Shown in pieces: positions 40,944-52,355 of a stretch of DNA of 64,000 nt (positions within the stretch are counted from its first letter, which is position 1; each line of letters starts with the position of its first letter). Location of the stretch: contig CAVWXH010000002.1 of assembly GCA_963758915.1 (NCBI GenBank), positions 1 through 64,000 of the forward strand, in the 5' to 3' direction. The position numbers and the translations under genes were made by a program. The DNA is from an uncultured Methanomicrobiales archaeon. GTDB taxonomy: Archaea > Halobacteriota > Methanomicrobia > Methanomicrobiales > Methanospirillaceae. The notes beneath the pieces were generated by a model, which saw nothing but the letters and a program-made list of their open reading frames with translations, had not been told where the DNA came from and did no database searches.

Positions 40944-41723
40944 TTATTTTTGGATTTTTTCCATGATGTTTTCAAACCGCGTGCCGCTGATCGGGTGATG
41001 GCTGATTACCTCCCCGTTATAAAGAATGCAGAACGTCCCGAAAGCACAAGGTGACTCCTGGACAGCCTCCGCACAGTCCAGTTCAACCAGCCGGGGTTCG
41101 AGGCCATACTTCCTCCTGGCGATTTCCATGATGGCTGCCACATTCTTCTCAGAATAGGGGCACTGGGCTGAACGGAGAATCGTAAGTCCTTCTGTATACA
41201 ATTCCCTGTTATTTATCAGGTCTTTTCTGAAACAGGGACTCATTGAACCGGGATCAAATTTCAGGGCCAGCAGTTCGAAATCCGGTTCAGCCGTGTCAAC
41301 CGGTTCGAACCCCAATTTGATAAAAATGTCCCTTTTTGCCATGAACGGGCCTTTCCTTGTGACAACGGCAACACCCTGCATGAGTGAATTTTTTGCATCT
41401 GTGATACATGCACCGATAAGGGAGGAAGCATATCCTTTTCCCTTGAACTCATTGCTGAACCCTACGAAAATACAATGGATGAACATATAACCCTCCGCTT
41501 CCACGGGACGGTGTGCATACCTGCCGGGAATATATTCGATCATGCCCTGGTAACCGCCTTTCCTGGAAACCAGGACCTTGATCTTCAATCCCCTGGTATA
41601 ATAGTTGCAGAACCAGTGAATTTTCCGTTTCAGTCCGGCATGTTTTTTTTGGTCTTTATACCCGCAGACCCCGTAATCGGCAATATTCTCCGGTGTGAGG
41701 TCAATGATTTCCATCTCGCCCAT
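40944..41723 (-). CDS. GNAT acetyltransferase with YoaP domain
   Basis: GMIEYIPG, IHCIFV...KGKGYAS, QCPY, C-terminal AVQESPCAFGTF.I.YNGE. Confidence 0.85.
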   Translation of the reverse strand: MGEMEIIDLTPENIADYGVCGYKDQKKHAGLKRKIHWFCNYYTRGLKIKVLVSRKGGYQGMIEYIPGRYAHRPVEAEGYMFIHCIFVGFSNEFKGKGYASSLIGACITDAKNSLMQGVAVVTRKGPFMAKRDIFIKLGFEPVDTAEPDFELLALKFDPGSMSPCFRKDLINNRELYTEGLTILRSAQCPYSEKNVAAIMEIARRKYGLEPRLVELDCAEAVQESPCAFGTFCILYNGEVISHHPISGTRFENIMEKIQK

Positions 41724-41887
41724 GATCTGAGTTCTTGCGTCTTTGTCACATCAACCATCCGGTCCAGGCCCTGTTGTAGCCGCCATCACTGATTTTCAGG
41801 GATTTATCCTTCTGGAAAAACTGCCACGGGTTACCTGTAATGATGTCCGTTATAACCCGGGATAATCAAAATAACAAAAAAAATCGT

Positions 41888-42136
41888 TTAGTGCCTGACA
41901 GCACAGAAATATCCCCCGCGGAGGTGGTGCTTCGAGAAGAGCTCACAGGCCGGGCAGAAGCAGCCGATTTCTTTCACTGACGGGGCCGAGGACGTCCCGC
42001 ATGAGCAGAACAGTTCGTCGGGCTGGTAATTCCCAAGGGAATGACGCTTGTAGTTTTCGCAAATGGAACAGTACTTTCTGCAGATCTGGCGGTTCTCTTC
42101 GGTATCGGGTACAGTGTTGTTGCCTGAATTCGACAT
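41888..42136 (-). CDS. DUF2769-like Cys-rich small protein
   Basis: VPDTEEN..IC..C..C..Y, LFC..G.S, GC.CP.C, YFC. Confidence 0.75.
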   Translation of the reverse strand: MSNSGNNTVPDTEENRQICRKYCSICENYKRHSLGNYQPDELFCSCGTSSAPSVKEIGCFCPACELFSKHHLRGGYFCAVRH

Positions 42137-42189
42137 GCCCGCTAACGTGAGCGATGATGGATAATATGTTTTTTTAATCGTGTTTCCCG

Positions 42190-42265
42190 ACGTTATTAGG
42201 GGTGAGGCAGGGGGGTGAAACCATTCCTGCCCGTGCATTCATCTTTTTTATATAATAAAAGCATT
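42190..42265 (+). repeat. Dispersed intergenic repeat, copy 4 (3' fragment)
   Basis: GGGGTGAGGCAGGGGGGTGAAACC..CCTGCCC followed by TTCATCTTTTTT matches the terminal hairpin/T-tract block. Confidence 0.5.
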
Positions 42266-42362
42266 ATGAAATTGTTCTGTCACTTTCCGGAAGGCAATCT
42301 CCACCCGGATTCGTTATCAATGTTATATATTCCAAAAAATCACTTTTTATTCAGCCTGGAGT

Positions 42363-42525
42363 ATGAAAAATGATGTCGACGGGATATACCGGAATACCCC
42401 CCGGATAAAATTCCCTGGAATTATGAAAACCCGCCGTATGCCCTTGTCAGTGTGGTAAAGAGCGGGAAAGTCAGTCCCTGGAAGACATTGACCTCGGTTG
42501 CGGGACGGCAACTATGCCATATCCG
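42363..42525 (+). pseudogene. Truncated class I SAM methyltransferase fragment
   Basis: MKNDVDGIYRNTPPDKIPWNYENPP.ALV..V.SGKVSP, then frameshifted IDLGCG(T)GNYA motif I, then homology is lost. Confidence 0.65.
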
Positions 42526-42591
42526 GCCAAACTACCGGGACCGTTCATTCCTTAAATAAAAAGAAATTCCAAATCGTAACATTACCCAACT

Positions 42592-43104
42592 ATGCGTATC
42601 ACCACACCCACTTCCATTCTCCGCGACTGGACCCCGGACGATGCGGGACCCCTCGTGAAGCATGCGGATAACCCCCGTATTGCAGGGTCAATGAGGGACG
42701 CCTTCCCGAGCCCCTATACACCGGATGATGCAAAACGTTTTATCGCGATGGCAACGGGCCCTGGGCCGGACCTTTTTCTGGCAATTGATGTACATGGTGA
42801 AGCTGTTGGTGGTATCGGAATACACCCAAAGAGTGATGTGCGGTGCCGGTCTGCTGAAATCGGGTACTGGCTTTCAGAGTCGTACTGGGGACAGGGAATC
42901 GTGACTGATGCGGTCTCTTCTCTCGTACCGGTTGCATTCGGGCGATATGATATCGTAAGGCTCCAGGCCGGGATTTTTTCAAATAATCCTGCATCGATGC
43001 GTGTGCTGGAGAAATGTGGTTTTATCCGGGAAGCGGTTCACAAAAAAGCCATCTGGAAAAATGGTATCCTTCTTAACGAAGTGGTATATACACATTTTGG
43101 ATAA
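42592..43104 (+). CDS. RimJ/RimL-type GNAT acetyltransferase
   Basis: AEIGYWL.E.YWGQGI, N.AS.RVLEKCGF..E. Confidence 0.92.
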   Translation: MRITTPTSILRDWTPDDAGPLVKHADNPRIAGSMRDAFPSPYTPDDAKRFIAMATGPGPDLFLAIDVHGEAVGGIGIHPKSDVRCRSAEIGYWLSESYWGQGIVTDAVSSLVPVAFGRYDIVRLQAGIFSNNPASMRVLEKCGFIREAVHKKAIWKNGILLNEVVYTHFG

Positions 43105-43157
43105 ACCAGGGGATTAATCCCCAGTCTGAATAAAAAACAGCACGGAGAGTCTTGTTG

Positions 43158-44010
43158 TTACACCAGTTCACCGTTTATTGTTATCGTATAATCTTTCACC
43201 GGGACCTTCTTTCCCGACTGTTCAAGTGCCTGGTCAATGACATATCGTACCCCGCTGCAGCACGGTACCTCCATGTGGACAACAGTGATTGAATTGATCG
43301 TGTGAAGGACCAGGATCTCTGCGAGTTTCGTGATGTACCCGTCGATATCGGAGTCCAGTTTCGGGCAGAATATGATCAGGATTTTTCCCATCAGGATCTC
43401 CTGGTGAAACCCTGCATAGGCAAACGGGACGCAATCGGCAGAGACCAGCAGGTCGGCATTTTCAAAATACGGGGCTGCCGGGTTTAAAAGTTTCAGCTGG
43501 ACCGGCCACTGCCGCAGTTCCGAGCTGGTTATGCCCGATGGCTGTGGAGGTCCGGTCCGGGTGCCCCGTGCAATGCTATGAGCTGCAGCTTCCCGGACAG
43601 CTGGCAAAGTCCGGTTTATTTTGCCCGGCCGGCTTCGTGGAACACGCCCATTTGGTATGCTCCGGTATGGCAAGACTCTGTTTATTCAGGTAATCTATGG
43701 CCTGGTTATAAAGGTCCACCTGCCCGTGGCCGGCAAGATGTTCAAGGTGGGCCCGGATCACCGGCTCGCCCTGCCGGACAATGGTCTCCATCACGGCTTT
43801 CTCGTCGTATGCACCAGCTTCCCGCTCGATAACTGAAATTGCTCCCTCCGGGCAGGTGCCGATGCAGGCCCCGAGGCCATCGCAGAAGAGGTCGCTGACA
43901 AGCCGTGCTTTCCCTTCGATAAGCTGGAGGGCACCTTCCGGGCAGTCAGGAATACATTGTCCGCATCCCGTGCACCTGTTTTCATCAATACTGATTATCT
44001 TACGCTTCAT
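43158..44010 (-). CDS. 4Fe-4S ferredoxin domain protein, apparent +1 insertion near 43590
   Basis: CTGCGQC...CPEGA, CDGLGACIG.CP in the first frame; SEL.QWPVQL.L, ADC, CPKLD, MEVPCC in the second. Confidence 0.85.
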
Positions 44011-44116
44011 ATCATCGCTCCTTCCCGAATATGCAGGTTAAAAAGAGATACATGTTCTGGTAATGGCAACCAGGAATCCCGGATACTATCAGAAACCGGG
44101 GATGCCTGGCTTCTAT

Positions 44117-44962
44117 TCAGATAACCCCACGGTAGTACGCGAGCGGTTCAGCATATGGCCGGATCTCTTCAACCATCGCTGCCTGCTCATCCTCATCCAT
44201 TGGTGTGAACTCTTTTTCCTGCCGGGCAAGGAATTCTGCTTCATTTGGGGTTGAACATCCTGATATCACTATGTCCACGTCCTGGGAGAGGGCAAACCTG
44301 ATCAGGTCCCCTGGTGAAAACCCGCCATCCCGGGAAATATAGGCACCTGCCCCCAGCACCTTCATTCCAATAACCCCGATACCACGTTCCCGTGCTGCCG
44401 GTATTACCCGGTCCATAAATCCTCCAATGGCAGCCTCAACCGGGCTGACCGGGAGAAGTACAGAATCGATATCCCATTTTGTGACCGCATGCAGCAGGAT
44501 TTCCGGATCGTGATGACCTGTCACCCCTATTCCCCTGGTGATCCCGGTCTCGCGGGCCTCGTAGAACGCACTGAGCGCCCCACCTGCCTCCTCAATCTGT
44601 CGGATATCGGCATTATCCCGGACATCATGGATCTGCCAGAGGCCGAGATGGTCTCGTCCCATACGGGCGAGAGTTCGAATAAGGTCCCCGCTGGCACCTT
44701 CTGCACTCCTCCTGGCCGATTTGCTTGTCTGGAACGTGAGTGTCCTCCTCCCGGGGTGCTGGTCCCAGAATCGCCCGTAATACTGCTCACTTCCCGCATA
44801 AGCCGGGGCTGAATCGTAATACCTGATCCCGCTTGAATATGCCGCTTCAAGCATCGCAATCGCTTCGTGCTCCCTTCCGTTCGACCTGAGCACCCCTTCG
44901 CCCCCCAGTCCGATCCGGAGTGGACTGCCAACGAGTCTCCTGAGCCTGCTGTTCCCTGCCAT
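44117..44962 (-). CDS. Aldo/keto reductase
   Basis: IGLGG, YYDSA..Y..SE, K, QIH, IGVTGH, GMK motifs. Confidence 0.88.
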   Translation of the reverse strand: MAGNSRLRRLVGSPLRIGLGGEGVLRSNGREHEAIAMLEAAYSSGIRYYDSAPAYAGSEQYYGRFWDQHPGRRTLTFQTSKSARRSAEGASGDLIRTLARMGRDHLGLWQIHDVRDNADIRQIEEAGGALSAFYEARETGITRGIGVTGHHDPEILLHAVTKWDIDSVLLPVSPVEAAIGGFMDRVIPAARERGIGVIGMKVLGAGAYISRDGGFSPGDLIRFALSQDVDIVISGCSTPNEAEFLARQEKEFTPMDEDEQAAMVEEIRPYAEPLAYYRGVI

Positions 44963-45154
44963 GAATGATTATGATCTCTTGTGCAGGCTATATAACAGCT
45001 GAAGGGGACATGTTCCCGTATGCCAGGTCTGATTCACCATATTCTTCCGACAGGTGGCATCACCAGTAAAAGTACATAAAAACAGGAATGATGCCTGCCT
45101 GACAGTTCATGCACCGTGGCTGGTCCAGGGGATGTTTCCGCAGGAAAACCGCTC

Positions 45155-45868
45155 CTACCAGTTTTTTTTCATCGCTTCTGCCTTCATCTCTTCCGGCATC
45201 AGCTCGATGGCGTACCTCAGTGCAGTCCTGGGCATTTCTTTCCTGTTCCGGATGACAAATGCGAACACCTGCTGCTGGTTCTTCCGGCTTGCCTCTTTAA
45301 GGAGCCAGCCATAGCCTTTCTGCACCATGTCATCGGTGTCAGTGAGGAGCAGTGTTGCGATTTCGATTACTTCTTCGGTAAACTGACCCCGTTTTGCCGG
45401 GATAATAAGTGATACTGCTGAAGCACGACGGACCCACCGGTTCCCTGACGAGGTCCAGTGTTTCAGCTCACCGATATACTCAGGGAATTTTTCAATAAAG
45501 TCGCCCATTGAATGGTTACAAAAACCGTCACACATGGCCCAGTTAGAGATGTAGGTATCAATCCATTTGTAAAAGACCAGGAAGTCTTCCCGCTCGTACC
45601 GGTCTTTTAATCGTGGCACCCAGTTGGAGACGATGAAGGCCTCCTCGGTGTAGTGCGACGAGTACAGTTCCTCGCAGAGTTGGAAAATTTCTTTCTTATC
45701 CCTGGATTTTATCTCTTTCCAGTATTTTTGTGCGATGGTTCCGACGGCTGCCGTTTTAACACCATAATACTGCACGTCTTCCCGGAAAAATCTCTGGAAG
45801 TTCTTCTGTGTACCGGGATCAGCGTGGTCTTTGAGGTCCTGCCTTATGTGCGTGATGACCGGGTCCAT
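45155..45868 (-). CDS. DNA alkylation repair protein (AlkD-like HEAT repeat)
   Basis: YGVK, NWAMCD, RWVRR, DMVQKGYGWLLKE, MPRTALRYAIE. Confidence 0.9.
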   Translation of the reverse strand: MDPVITHIRQDLKDHADPGTQKNFQRFFREDVQYYGVKTAAVGTIAQKYWKEIKSRDKKEIFQLCEELYSSHYTEEAFIVSNWVPRLKDRYEREDFLVFYKWIDTYISNWAMCDGFCNHSMGDFIEKFPEYIGELKHWTSSGNRWVRRASAVSLIIPAKRGQFTEEVIEIATLLLTDTDDMVQKGYGWLLKEASRKNQQQVFAFVIRNRKEMPRTALRYAIELMPEEMKAEAMKKNW

Positions 45869-45989
45869 GGGTGAAGGTAAGGGGGATAAGCGGATAAGGG
45901 CTCTGGTTGGGCTGTTGATTATCCTTCCTTATGATGGAAAACACCTTCAAAATGCGTGAAATGCCTGGTACCCAGGTTCAAAAGAGGGG

Positions 45990-47219
45990 TTATATTTTGT
46001 CATACACAATAGCTCCTTTGACCGGGCAGGCCTCTGTACATCGCCCGCAGAGATAGCACTCGCGCTTGGAAGCACCCGCCTCCGCGACATGGACCGGGCA
46101 GACCTTCTCACATTTTCTGCATTGTATACATTTTTCTGTCCGTTTCAACCGGTACCTGCTTACATGGGACAGAAGAGAAAACAGGAGACCGTACGGACAG
46201 AGAAACCTGCAGACCGGGCGGTAGAGAAATGCAGAGAGCACCAGGAGTGCAGCAAAAACAAAAAGCCCTGCTGTCAGGGTCAGGCTGAAGAAATCATAGA
46301 CCCCGGTATATGCCATCAGGTCGATAAGGTATACCCCCCCTGCGACTACCACGATAAACACGATAAACCTGATAATCTCAGGGACTATTGTGTTCCGTAT
46401 GTCGATTTTTTTCAGGGGTGCATGCGATGCGAGTTCCTGGATGCTGCCCACCGGGCAGATATGGCCGCAGAACATCCTGCCGACCAGCAGTGAAATGGCC
46501 AGTACGATCAGGATACCTATAATTCCTGGTACAAGCAACCCGCTTCCGGTAGCAAGCCTGATAAGCCCTATGAATTCCATGGGCATGATCGGGGAGAGGA
46601 ACACGAAACCTGCCATGGTGCTGAGTGCCAGGACCAGCAATGCGGTTGTATGGTCCATATTCCCTGTCTTCCAGAGATACGCAACGAGTGGTACCCCTGC
46701 GAGCATGTAGATGAGTGCAAACGGTACACCTGACAGAGTCCCACCCATCAGCAGGTAGACAATGATCTCTGATATTCCGAGGGCAAATAATGATGTTACC
46801 GCCAGGAGTGGCCCTTTTGAGAGTGTTCTCATTCCCCACCTGCCCGAGCTGAAAACCCTGAGAAGGATAACACTTATGACAAGGAAGAGGAGGATCCCAA
46901 CAACAACCGGGCTTATATGGGCAAGGTCAAAAAAACCGGACGTTACGGGATCAGGGGCCAGCCGGGCAGCCTGCACGGTGTCCACAAGCGGGGTTACGGG
47001 TGGTGTATCTGCTACAGGGACTATTGTCCGCGTTGCCTGGGTTATGGCAGTGCGGGTATAATCGCAGAGTGAATTACCGTCCATGTCGGTGAAAAGGAAG
47101 CACCTGCCCGGGTAGACGCACCCGCCTATTCCCCGTGGGCAGACAGCAGCACATACCGGCTGTACAAGCGTAGCTGTGCCAAGGAGTCCAAATAGGCCCA
47201 ACCCGGTTATTTTTTTCAT
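45990..47219 (-). CDS. Membrane 4Fe-4S binding protein (NapH/NosR-like)
   Basis: GRMFCGHICPVG, RPVCRFLCPYG and C-terminal 2x CxxCxxCxxxCP; N-terminal CPRG...C.YPGRC..F.D.DGN..CD Cys motif. Confidence 0.88.
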   Translation of the reverse strand: MKKITGLGLFGLLGTATLVQPVCAAVCPRGIGGCVYPGRCFLFTDMDGNSLCDYTRTAITQATRTIVPVADTPPVTPLVDTVQAARLAPDPVTSGFFDLAHISPVVVGILLFLVISVILLRVFSSGRWGMRTLSKGPLLAVTSLFALGISEIIVYLLMGGTLSGVPFALIYMLAGVPLVAYLWKTGNMDHTTALLVLALSTMAGFVFLSPIMPMEFIGLIRLATGSGLLVPGIIGILIVLAISLLVGRMFCGHICPVGSIQELASHAPLKKIDIRNTIVPEIIRFIVFIVVVAGGVYLIDLMAYTGVYDFFSLTLTAGLFVFAALLVLSAFLYRPVCRFLCPYGLLFSLLSHVSRYRLKRTEKCIQCRKCEKVCPVHVAEAGASKRECYLCGRCTEACPVKGAIVYDKI

Positions 47220-47548
47220 GGATATCATTGGTAACCCCATGCGATGGTACCATATGATCATCCATCGCAAATGTAATTTAAACATTACATTATGGCAAGT
47301 TATGCATACAATTATTGTCCCTGCTTATGAAACAGGGATGTGCCAGGCATTCCAGTGTGCCGGGAGGATACCTGACACACTTCCCGACACCCCGTCATTA
47401 TGCTGTTGCACTGATTGCAGGACCTTACCTGCGCATGCTCATGCATAGCACCCTTACAGATCATATCAGCAGTTTTTTTTATCGTTCCGTAACCCGTTGC
47501 ACCCCTTGCGATACCTATTTTGTAATTTGGGATCCACTAAGTTACGTA

Positions 47549-50486
47549 ATGGCCTCCTGTGTCCACCGGATAGAAGTCCGCTTTACAAAGGACCCCCGTC
47601 TTAAGACCCGTACCGACCGGATACGGTCACTGGGTTTCCCGATCGACGAGTTGCATCTTGTTGATGTCTATACCATCACAACGGGTGTGCAGGATTTTTC
47701 GGCAGTCGAGCTTGACCAGATCGGATCGCAGCTGGTCAATCCGGTGGTGCAGGAATTTTCAGTAGACCTTCCATTCCTGGCTGATTTTGATTATGCCATT
47801 GAAGTCGGGTTCCTGCCTGGGGTTACTGATAATGTGGGCACAACAGCACGGCAGACAATCGGGGACTTTTTCCCCGGTGTCGAAGATGTCTCTGTCTATA
47901 CGTCTCAGCTCTTTTTTATATGCGGGGTTTTGTCAGCAGGTCTTGTGCAGAAACTTGCATTGACGCTTGCAAACCCGCTCGTAAACCGGGTCCATACAAA
48001 GACCCGGAAGGAATACGGCACATCAGGCATGGGCCGCGAGGTCCCGCTGGTCCGGTTGCACGAACTGCTGGGTGCCGGCGAAGTGGACCTCAGTCTTGAC
48101 GACCGTGAGCTCTCACGGATAGGGAAAGAGGGCATAACCGATCCCCTCAGTCACCAGAGACGGGGGCCGCTTGCACTTGACCTTGTCCAGCTGCATGCGA
48201 TCCGTGACTATTTCATGAAAAAGGGACGAAAGCCCACGGATGTGGAGCTTGAATCCCTTGCACAGACCTGGAGTGAGCACTGCAAGCACACGATCTTTGC
48301 CTCGCCAATGGATGATGATCTCCCGGACGGGCTTTACAAGACCTATATCCAGGCCGCAACCAATAAAATCCGGAAGGAAAAAGGAGAGAAGGACATCTGC
48401 CTGACGGTGTTTACCGACAACTCCGGTGCCATTATTTTTGACGATCACTACCTCGTGACCCACAAGGTCGAGACCCACAACTCCCCCTCTGCCCTCGACC
48501 CGTTTGGTGGTGCACTTACCGGCATTGTCGGCGTGAACCGCGATACTATCGGTTTCGGCCTCGGGGCGAAGCCCTGCATCAACGTGTACGGGTACTGTGT
48601 CGGGGACCCGGAGTCTGACCCGGCCCTGTATCGCGGCAGGGACAAGACAAACCCGATCCTCTCACCGAGGAGGATCCTCGACGGTGTTGTCCACGGGGTT
48701 GGTGTCGGCGGCAACTGCTCCGGGATCCCGACCCCGCAGGGATGGGTATATTTTGATAACCGGTACGTGGGAAAACCCCTTGTCTTTGCAGGTACGGTGG
48801 GTGTTATGCCGCGTGAACTGTCGGGAAGGAAACTCTACGAGAAACAGGCAGAACCTGGTGACCTTATCGTTGTTGCCGGTGGGCGGGTGGGAAAAGACGG
48901 TATTCACGGTGCCACCTTCTCATCTGAAGCCCTTGACCCGGGAAGCCCGGTGACCGCGGTGCAGATCGGCGACCCGATTACCCAGAAGAAGTTATCGGAC
49001 GCGATCGTGAAGGAAGCCCGGGACCTCGGACTCTACCGGAGTATCACGGATAACGGGGCAGGCGGCATTTCCTGCTCGGTTGCCGAGATGGCAAAGGAGT
49101 GCAACGGGGCCCGGGTATCACTTGACAAAGTCCCGCTGAAATACCCTGGTATGGCCCCGTGGGAGATCTGGATCTCTGAATCTCAGGAGCGGATGACTCT
49201 TGCAGTTCCGCCAAGAAAAATTGGTGCATTCATGGAGCTGATGGGGCGGCGTGAAGTCGAGGCAGTGGTCATCGGGGAGTTTTCGGACATCAGGCAGGTG
49301 TATCGTTGAATACCATGGTGACGTGGTGATGGATATTGAGCTTGCCTTCCTGCACGACGGCCTGCCAAAAAAACACCTGAAGACCCGGTTCACAAAAAAG
49401 ACCTATCCCGAACCGGCCGTTCCCTGCCCACAACGTCTTGACGCAACATTGGTCGCGATGCTTCAGCGAAAGAATATCTGCTCAAAGGAATTCATTTCGA
49501 TCCAGTACGATCATACCGTGCAGGGAGGCCATATACTTGGGCCTTTGCAGGGAAAGGGGCGGGTGCAGGCAATGGCGACGCTCACCAAAGTTGTGCCCGG
49601 TTCAAAAAAAGGTGTGGGGCTGTCCCAGGGAATGTTCCCCTCGTATTCCGAGATTGACCCGTACCTCATGGCAGCTGCCGGGATCGATACCGCGATCCGC
49701 GGCCTTATTGCACTCGGAATACCAATTGATGCGATTGCAATTCTCGATAATTTCTGCTGGTGCTCGTCAGATGACCCTGAACGCCTCGGGCAGCTGAAAC
49801 GTGCGGCAAAAGGGTGCTACGATATTGCGACTGCATTTGGCACGCCCTTCATCTCGGGTAAAGACAGCATGTACAACGATTTCTCCGGGTATGATGCGGA
49901 TAATAACCCCGTGAAGGTCTCTGTCCCCCCTACCCTCCTTATCTCATCCATCGGTATCCACGAGGACGTGGTACGATCCGTATCCCCCGATGCGAAGATT
50001 GAAGGTGACCTGGTCTATGTGATCGGGGCAACAAGGGAAGAACTTGGGGGATCAGAGTATTTCGCGTATCTCGGAGGTGTGGGAAACATCGTCCCGTCCC
50101 TTGATCCTGGTATGGTAAAAGCACGCTACGGGCGGCTTACGAAAGCCATCCTGAACGAGCTGGTGGCATCAGCCTGCCCGGTCGCCCGGGGCGGTCTCGG
50201 GGTCGCCCTTGGCATGGCTGCCATTGCCGGCCGGGTTGGCATGGAACTGTCGATCCCTTCCGGTATGCGGCCGGATTATTTCCTCTTCTCCGAGTCGCTC
50301 GGCCGTTTCGTCGTGACCATCTCCCCGGAAAACAGGCAGGTATTCGAACAGATTCTGGGTGGAGATGCGGTGCTGCTTGGAACGGTAACCGGAAACAACC
50401 TGCAGATCACCGGAAAGGACCTCCTGGTTGATGTTCCGGTGAGCGAGCTTGAAAATGCCTACAAGGCACCATTTAAGGAGTACTGA
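47549..50486 (+). CDS. purL: Phosphoribosylformylglycinamidine synthase large subunit, apparent +1 insertion near 49290
   Basis: PGVTDN N-terminal domain, QTWSEHCKH, KVETHNSPSA..PFGGA.TG, DNGAGG, SESQERM, ISGKDS, LFSES. Confidence 0.93.
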
Positions 50487-50489
50487 ACC

Positions 50490-51353
50490 ATGACCGCTGC
50501 ACATGCCCCCGTAACAATACCCCCGGGAAAGGACAATTCACACGGGCCAGACCTGATAGCGGAGAAAGCCCTCATAATGAGTGGCTTTGGAATTAACTCT
50601 GAGATGGAGACGAAGGAGGTATTGTTACGGGCAGGGATGGCGTCGGACATCGTCCATATTAATGACCTGATCGACGGGAGGAAGGAACTTGGACAGTACC
50701 GCCTCCTGGTGTTTCCCGGCGGTTTCTCCTATGGCGATGATACCGGGGCCGGTAATGCGTTTGCCAACCGGGTCCGGAACAACCTCTGGAAGGATGTTGA
50801 GGAGTTCCTGGACGGTGATAACCTCGTCCTCGGGATCTGCAACGGGTTCCAGATCCTCTCAAACCTCGGGCTGGTCCCGGCGTTTGACCACCATTTTTCA
50901 AGAGATATCGCCCTGGTGCCCAACCGCAAAGGTGTGCTCGAGTGTCGTTTTGTGACCCTGAAACCCGGCGCAAAAAACCTCTGGACAAAAGGGATCGAAC
51001 GAATCTTCTGTCCTGTTGCCCACGGGGAAGGTAATTTCTCCTGCTCGCCTGATACACTCCGGCGCCTCAAAGAGCAGGAGATGATCGCGTTTACCTACTG
51101 CCGGGAGGACCTGTCCCCTGCAAACGGCGAGTACCCTTTCAATCCCAATGGTTCGGTTGAGGATATTGCCGGTATCACTTCTGCAGACGGCAAGGTACTC
51201 GGCTTAATGCCACACCCTGAACGGGCGATGGAGTTTGTCAACCTCTACGACTGGCCGCTCCGGAAAGAGCAGATGAAACGGAGCGGTGCAGTAATACCCG
51301 CTGAGTCGCTGAACATGCAGCTGTTCCGGAATATCGCTGACTATTTCAGGTGA
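50490..51353 (+). CDS. purQ: Phosphoribosylformylglycinamidine synthase glutaminase subunit
   Basis: PGGFSYGD, GICNGFQ, AHGEG, NPNGS, MPHPER. Confidence 0.95.
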   Translation: MTAAHAPVTIPPGKDNSHGPDLIAEKALIMSGFGINSEMETKEVLLRAGMASDIVHINDLIDGRKELGQYRLLVFPGGFSYGDDTGAGNAFANRVRNNLWKDVEEFLDGDNLVLGICNGFQILSNLGLVPAFDHHFSRDIALVPNRKGVLECRFVTLKPGAKNLWTKGIERIFCPVAHGEGNFSCSPDTLRRLKEQEMIAFTYCREDLSPANGEYPFNPNGSVEDIAGITSADGKVLGLMPHPERAMEFVNLYDWPLRKEQMKRSGAVIPAESLNMQLFRNIADYFR

Positions 51354-51503
51354 CTAAAGTTAGTAAGGGAAATGACTGGAGGGGTTTTTCATGGATAACC
51401 CAACAACTAGCAATACAGGTTTCAGCGGATACCCGAAAAAAGCAAAAAAAAAAGATTTCTCCCTGATACAAATGAGTACCCCGACCCGTCCTGGTAGCGG
51501 GGA

Positions 51504-51980
51504 TCACCGCATGATACGCGTTGCCGCAAACCCGGCTGCAAGGAGAACGACAAACGGCAGGGCCCCGGCTTTTGTCGGTGAGGCGGCCGGCTGTTGTGCC
51601 CCGGGTGTGGACTGATTACCGTCCGGGACCTGCGTCCTTGTCAGCACCAGCGTTCCTGAACGGGAGCCAATTATATTGCACCCGACATCGACCCTGACCA
51701 CCCCGGTGCTCCCTTTCAGCTGCGGGAGATTATAGCGGTTCGTAAACGAGGATTTATCCGGCTGGCTGGTATAGGACGTATCGATGAGTACCGTGGTACC
51801 TTGCTGGACGGTCACATGGTTCACAAAGTGCGTTGCGGGATCGTCCACCTGGTGCGTGATGGCAACAACAAGATCTCCACTATTTTCATCATATGACACA
51901 TCTACACCTGCAGGGGTGTGTGCAAGGGCATAACCGCTCAATGTGGTCAGCACTATGATGAGTATGACAATGCGCCGCAT
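51504..51980 (-). CDS. Secreted His-rich beta-domain protein with C-terminal membrane anchor
   Basis: Signal peptide ending ALA-HTP, H..D...H motif, C-terminal PTKAG + hydrophobic + basic tail. Confidence 0.65.
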   Translation of the reverse strand: MRRIVILIIVLTTLSGYALAHTPAGVDVSYDENSGDLVVAITHQVDDPATHFVNHVTVQQGTTVLIDTSYTSQPDKSSFTNRYNLPQLKGSTGVVRVDVGCNIIGSRSGTLVLTRTQVPDGNQSTPGAQQPAASPTKAGALPFVVLLAAGFAATRIMR

Positions 51981-52249
51981 TCCGAATATTCCGATGCGGG
52001 ATATCATTGAGCGCTGAATCTGTTTTTCCGGCATAATAACAACTCATCTGCCCCGGGGTATATCCAGGAACTCTATTCTGATCCTGCACGGGATTGGTTA
52101 TAAGGTCTTGCACGGAAGATGCAGGCCCGACAGGATCATTGTCGGGGGCATCCAAACTGGCAGTAACTATCTGGTTGATGACCGCCTTGATTCATTCTAT
52201 TGAGGGCGCCCCGGGATGTCGTGGCTCCACGAAGACTGCAGGGGAAATG

Positions 52250-52259
52250 ATTTATAAAA
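52250..52259 (+). promoter_or_regulatory. Putative archaeal TATA box for the decarboxylase gene
   Basis: GGAAATGA-TTTATAAAA (BRE-like purines then TATA) about 165 nt upstream of the ATG at 52417. Confidence 0.5.
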
Positions 52260-52292
52260 TTCGGGTCTAATAAAAGGGGAATTCTTTTTCCC

Positions 52293-52355
52293 TCAGAGTA
52301 CCGGCCATTAAAACCAGCAGGGGCCGGGTAAAAAAACCCCTCTGCAACCCCTGTC
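52293..52355 (+). ncRNA. Candidate cis-regulatory leader RNA (ldcC-motif-like)
   Basis: CCGGCC/GGCCGG stem enclosing ATTAAAACCAGCAGG, with downstream CCCCT tracts able to pair with AGGGG; lies in the 5' UTR of a polyamine decarboxylase. Confidence 0.4.

Noticed and set aside
52295-52320. SAM-I riboswitch (GAGTACCGGCC..AAACCAGCA resembles its P2/P3 region)
   Set aside because: The P1 AUC/GAU strands, GCAACC and GUGC..AUUCC elements are missing.
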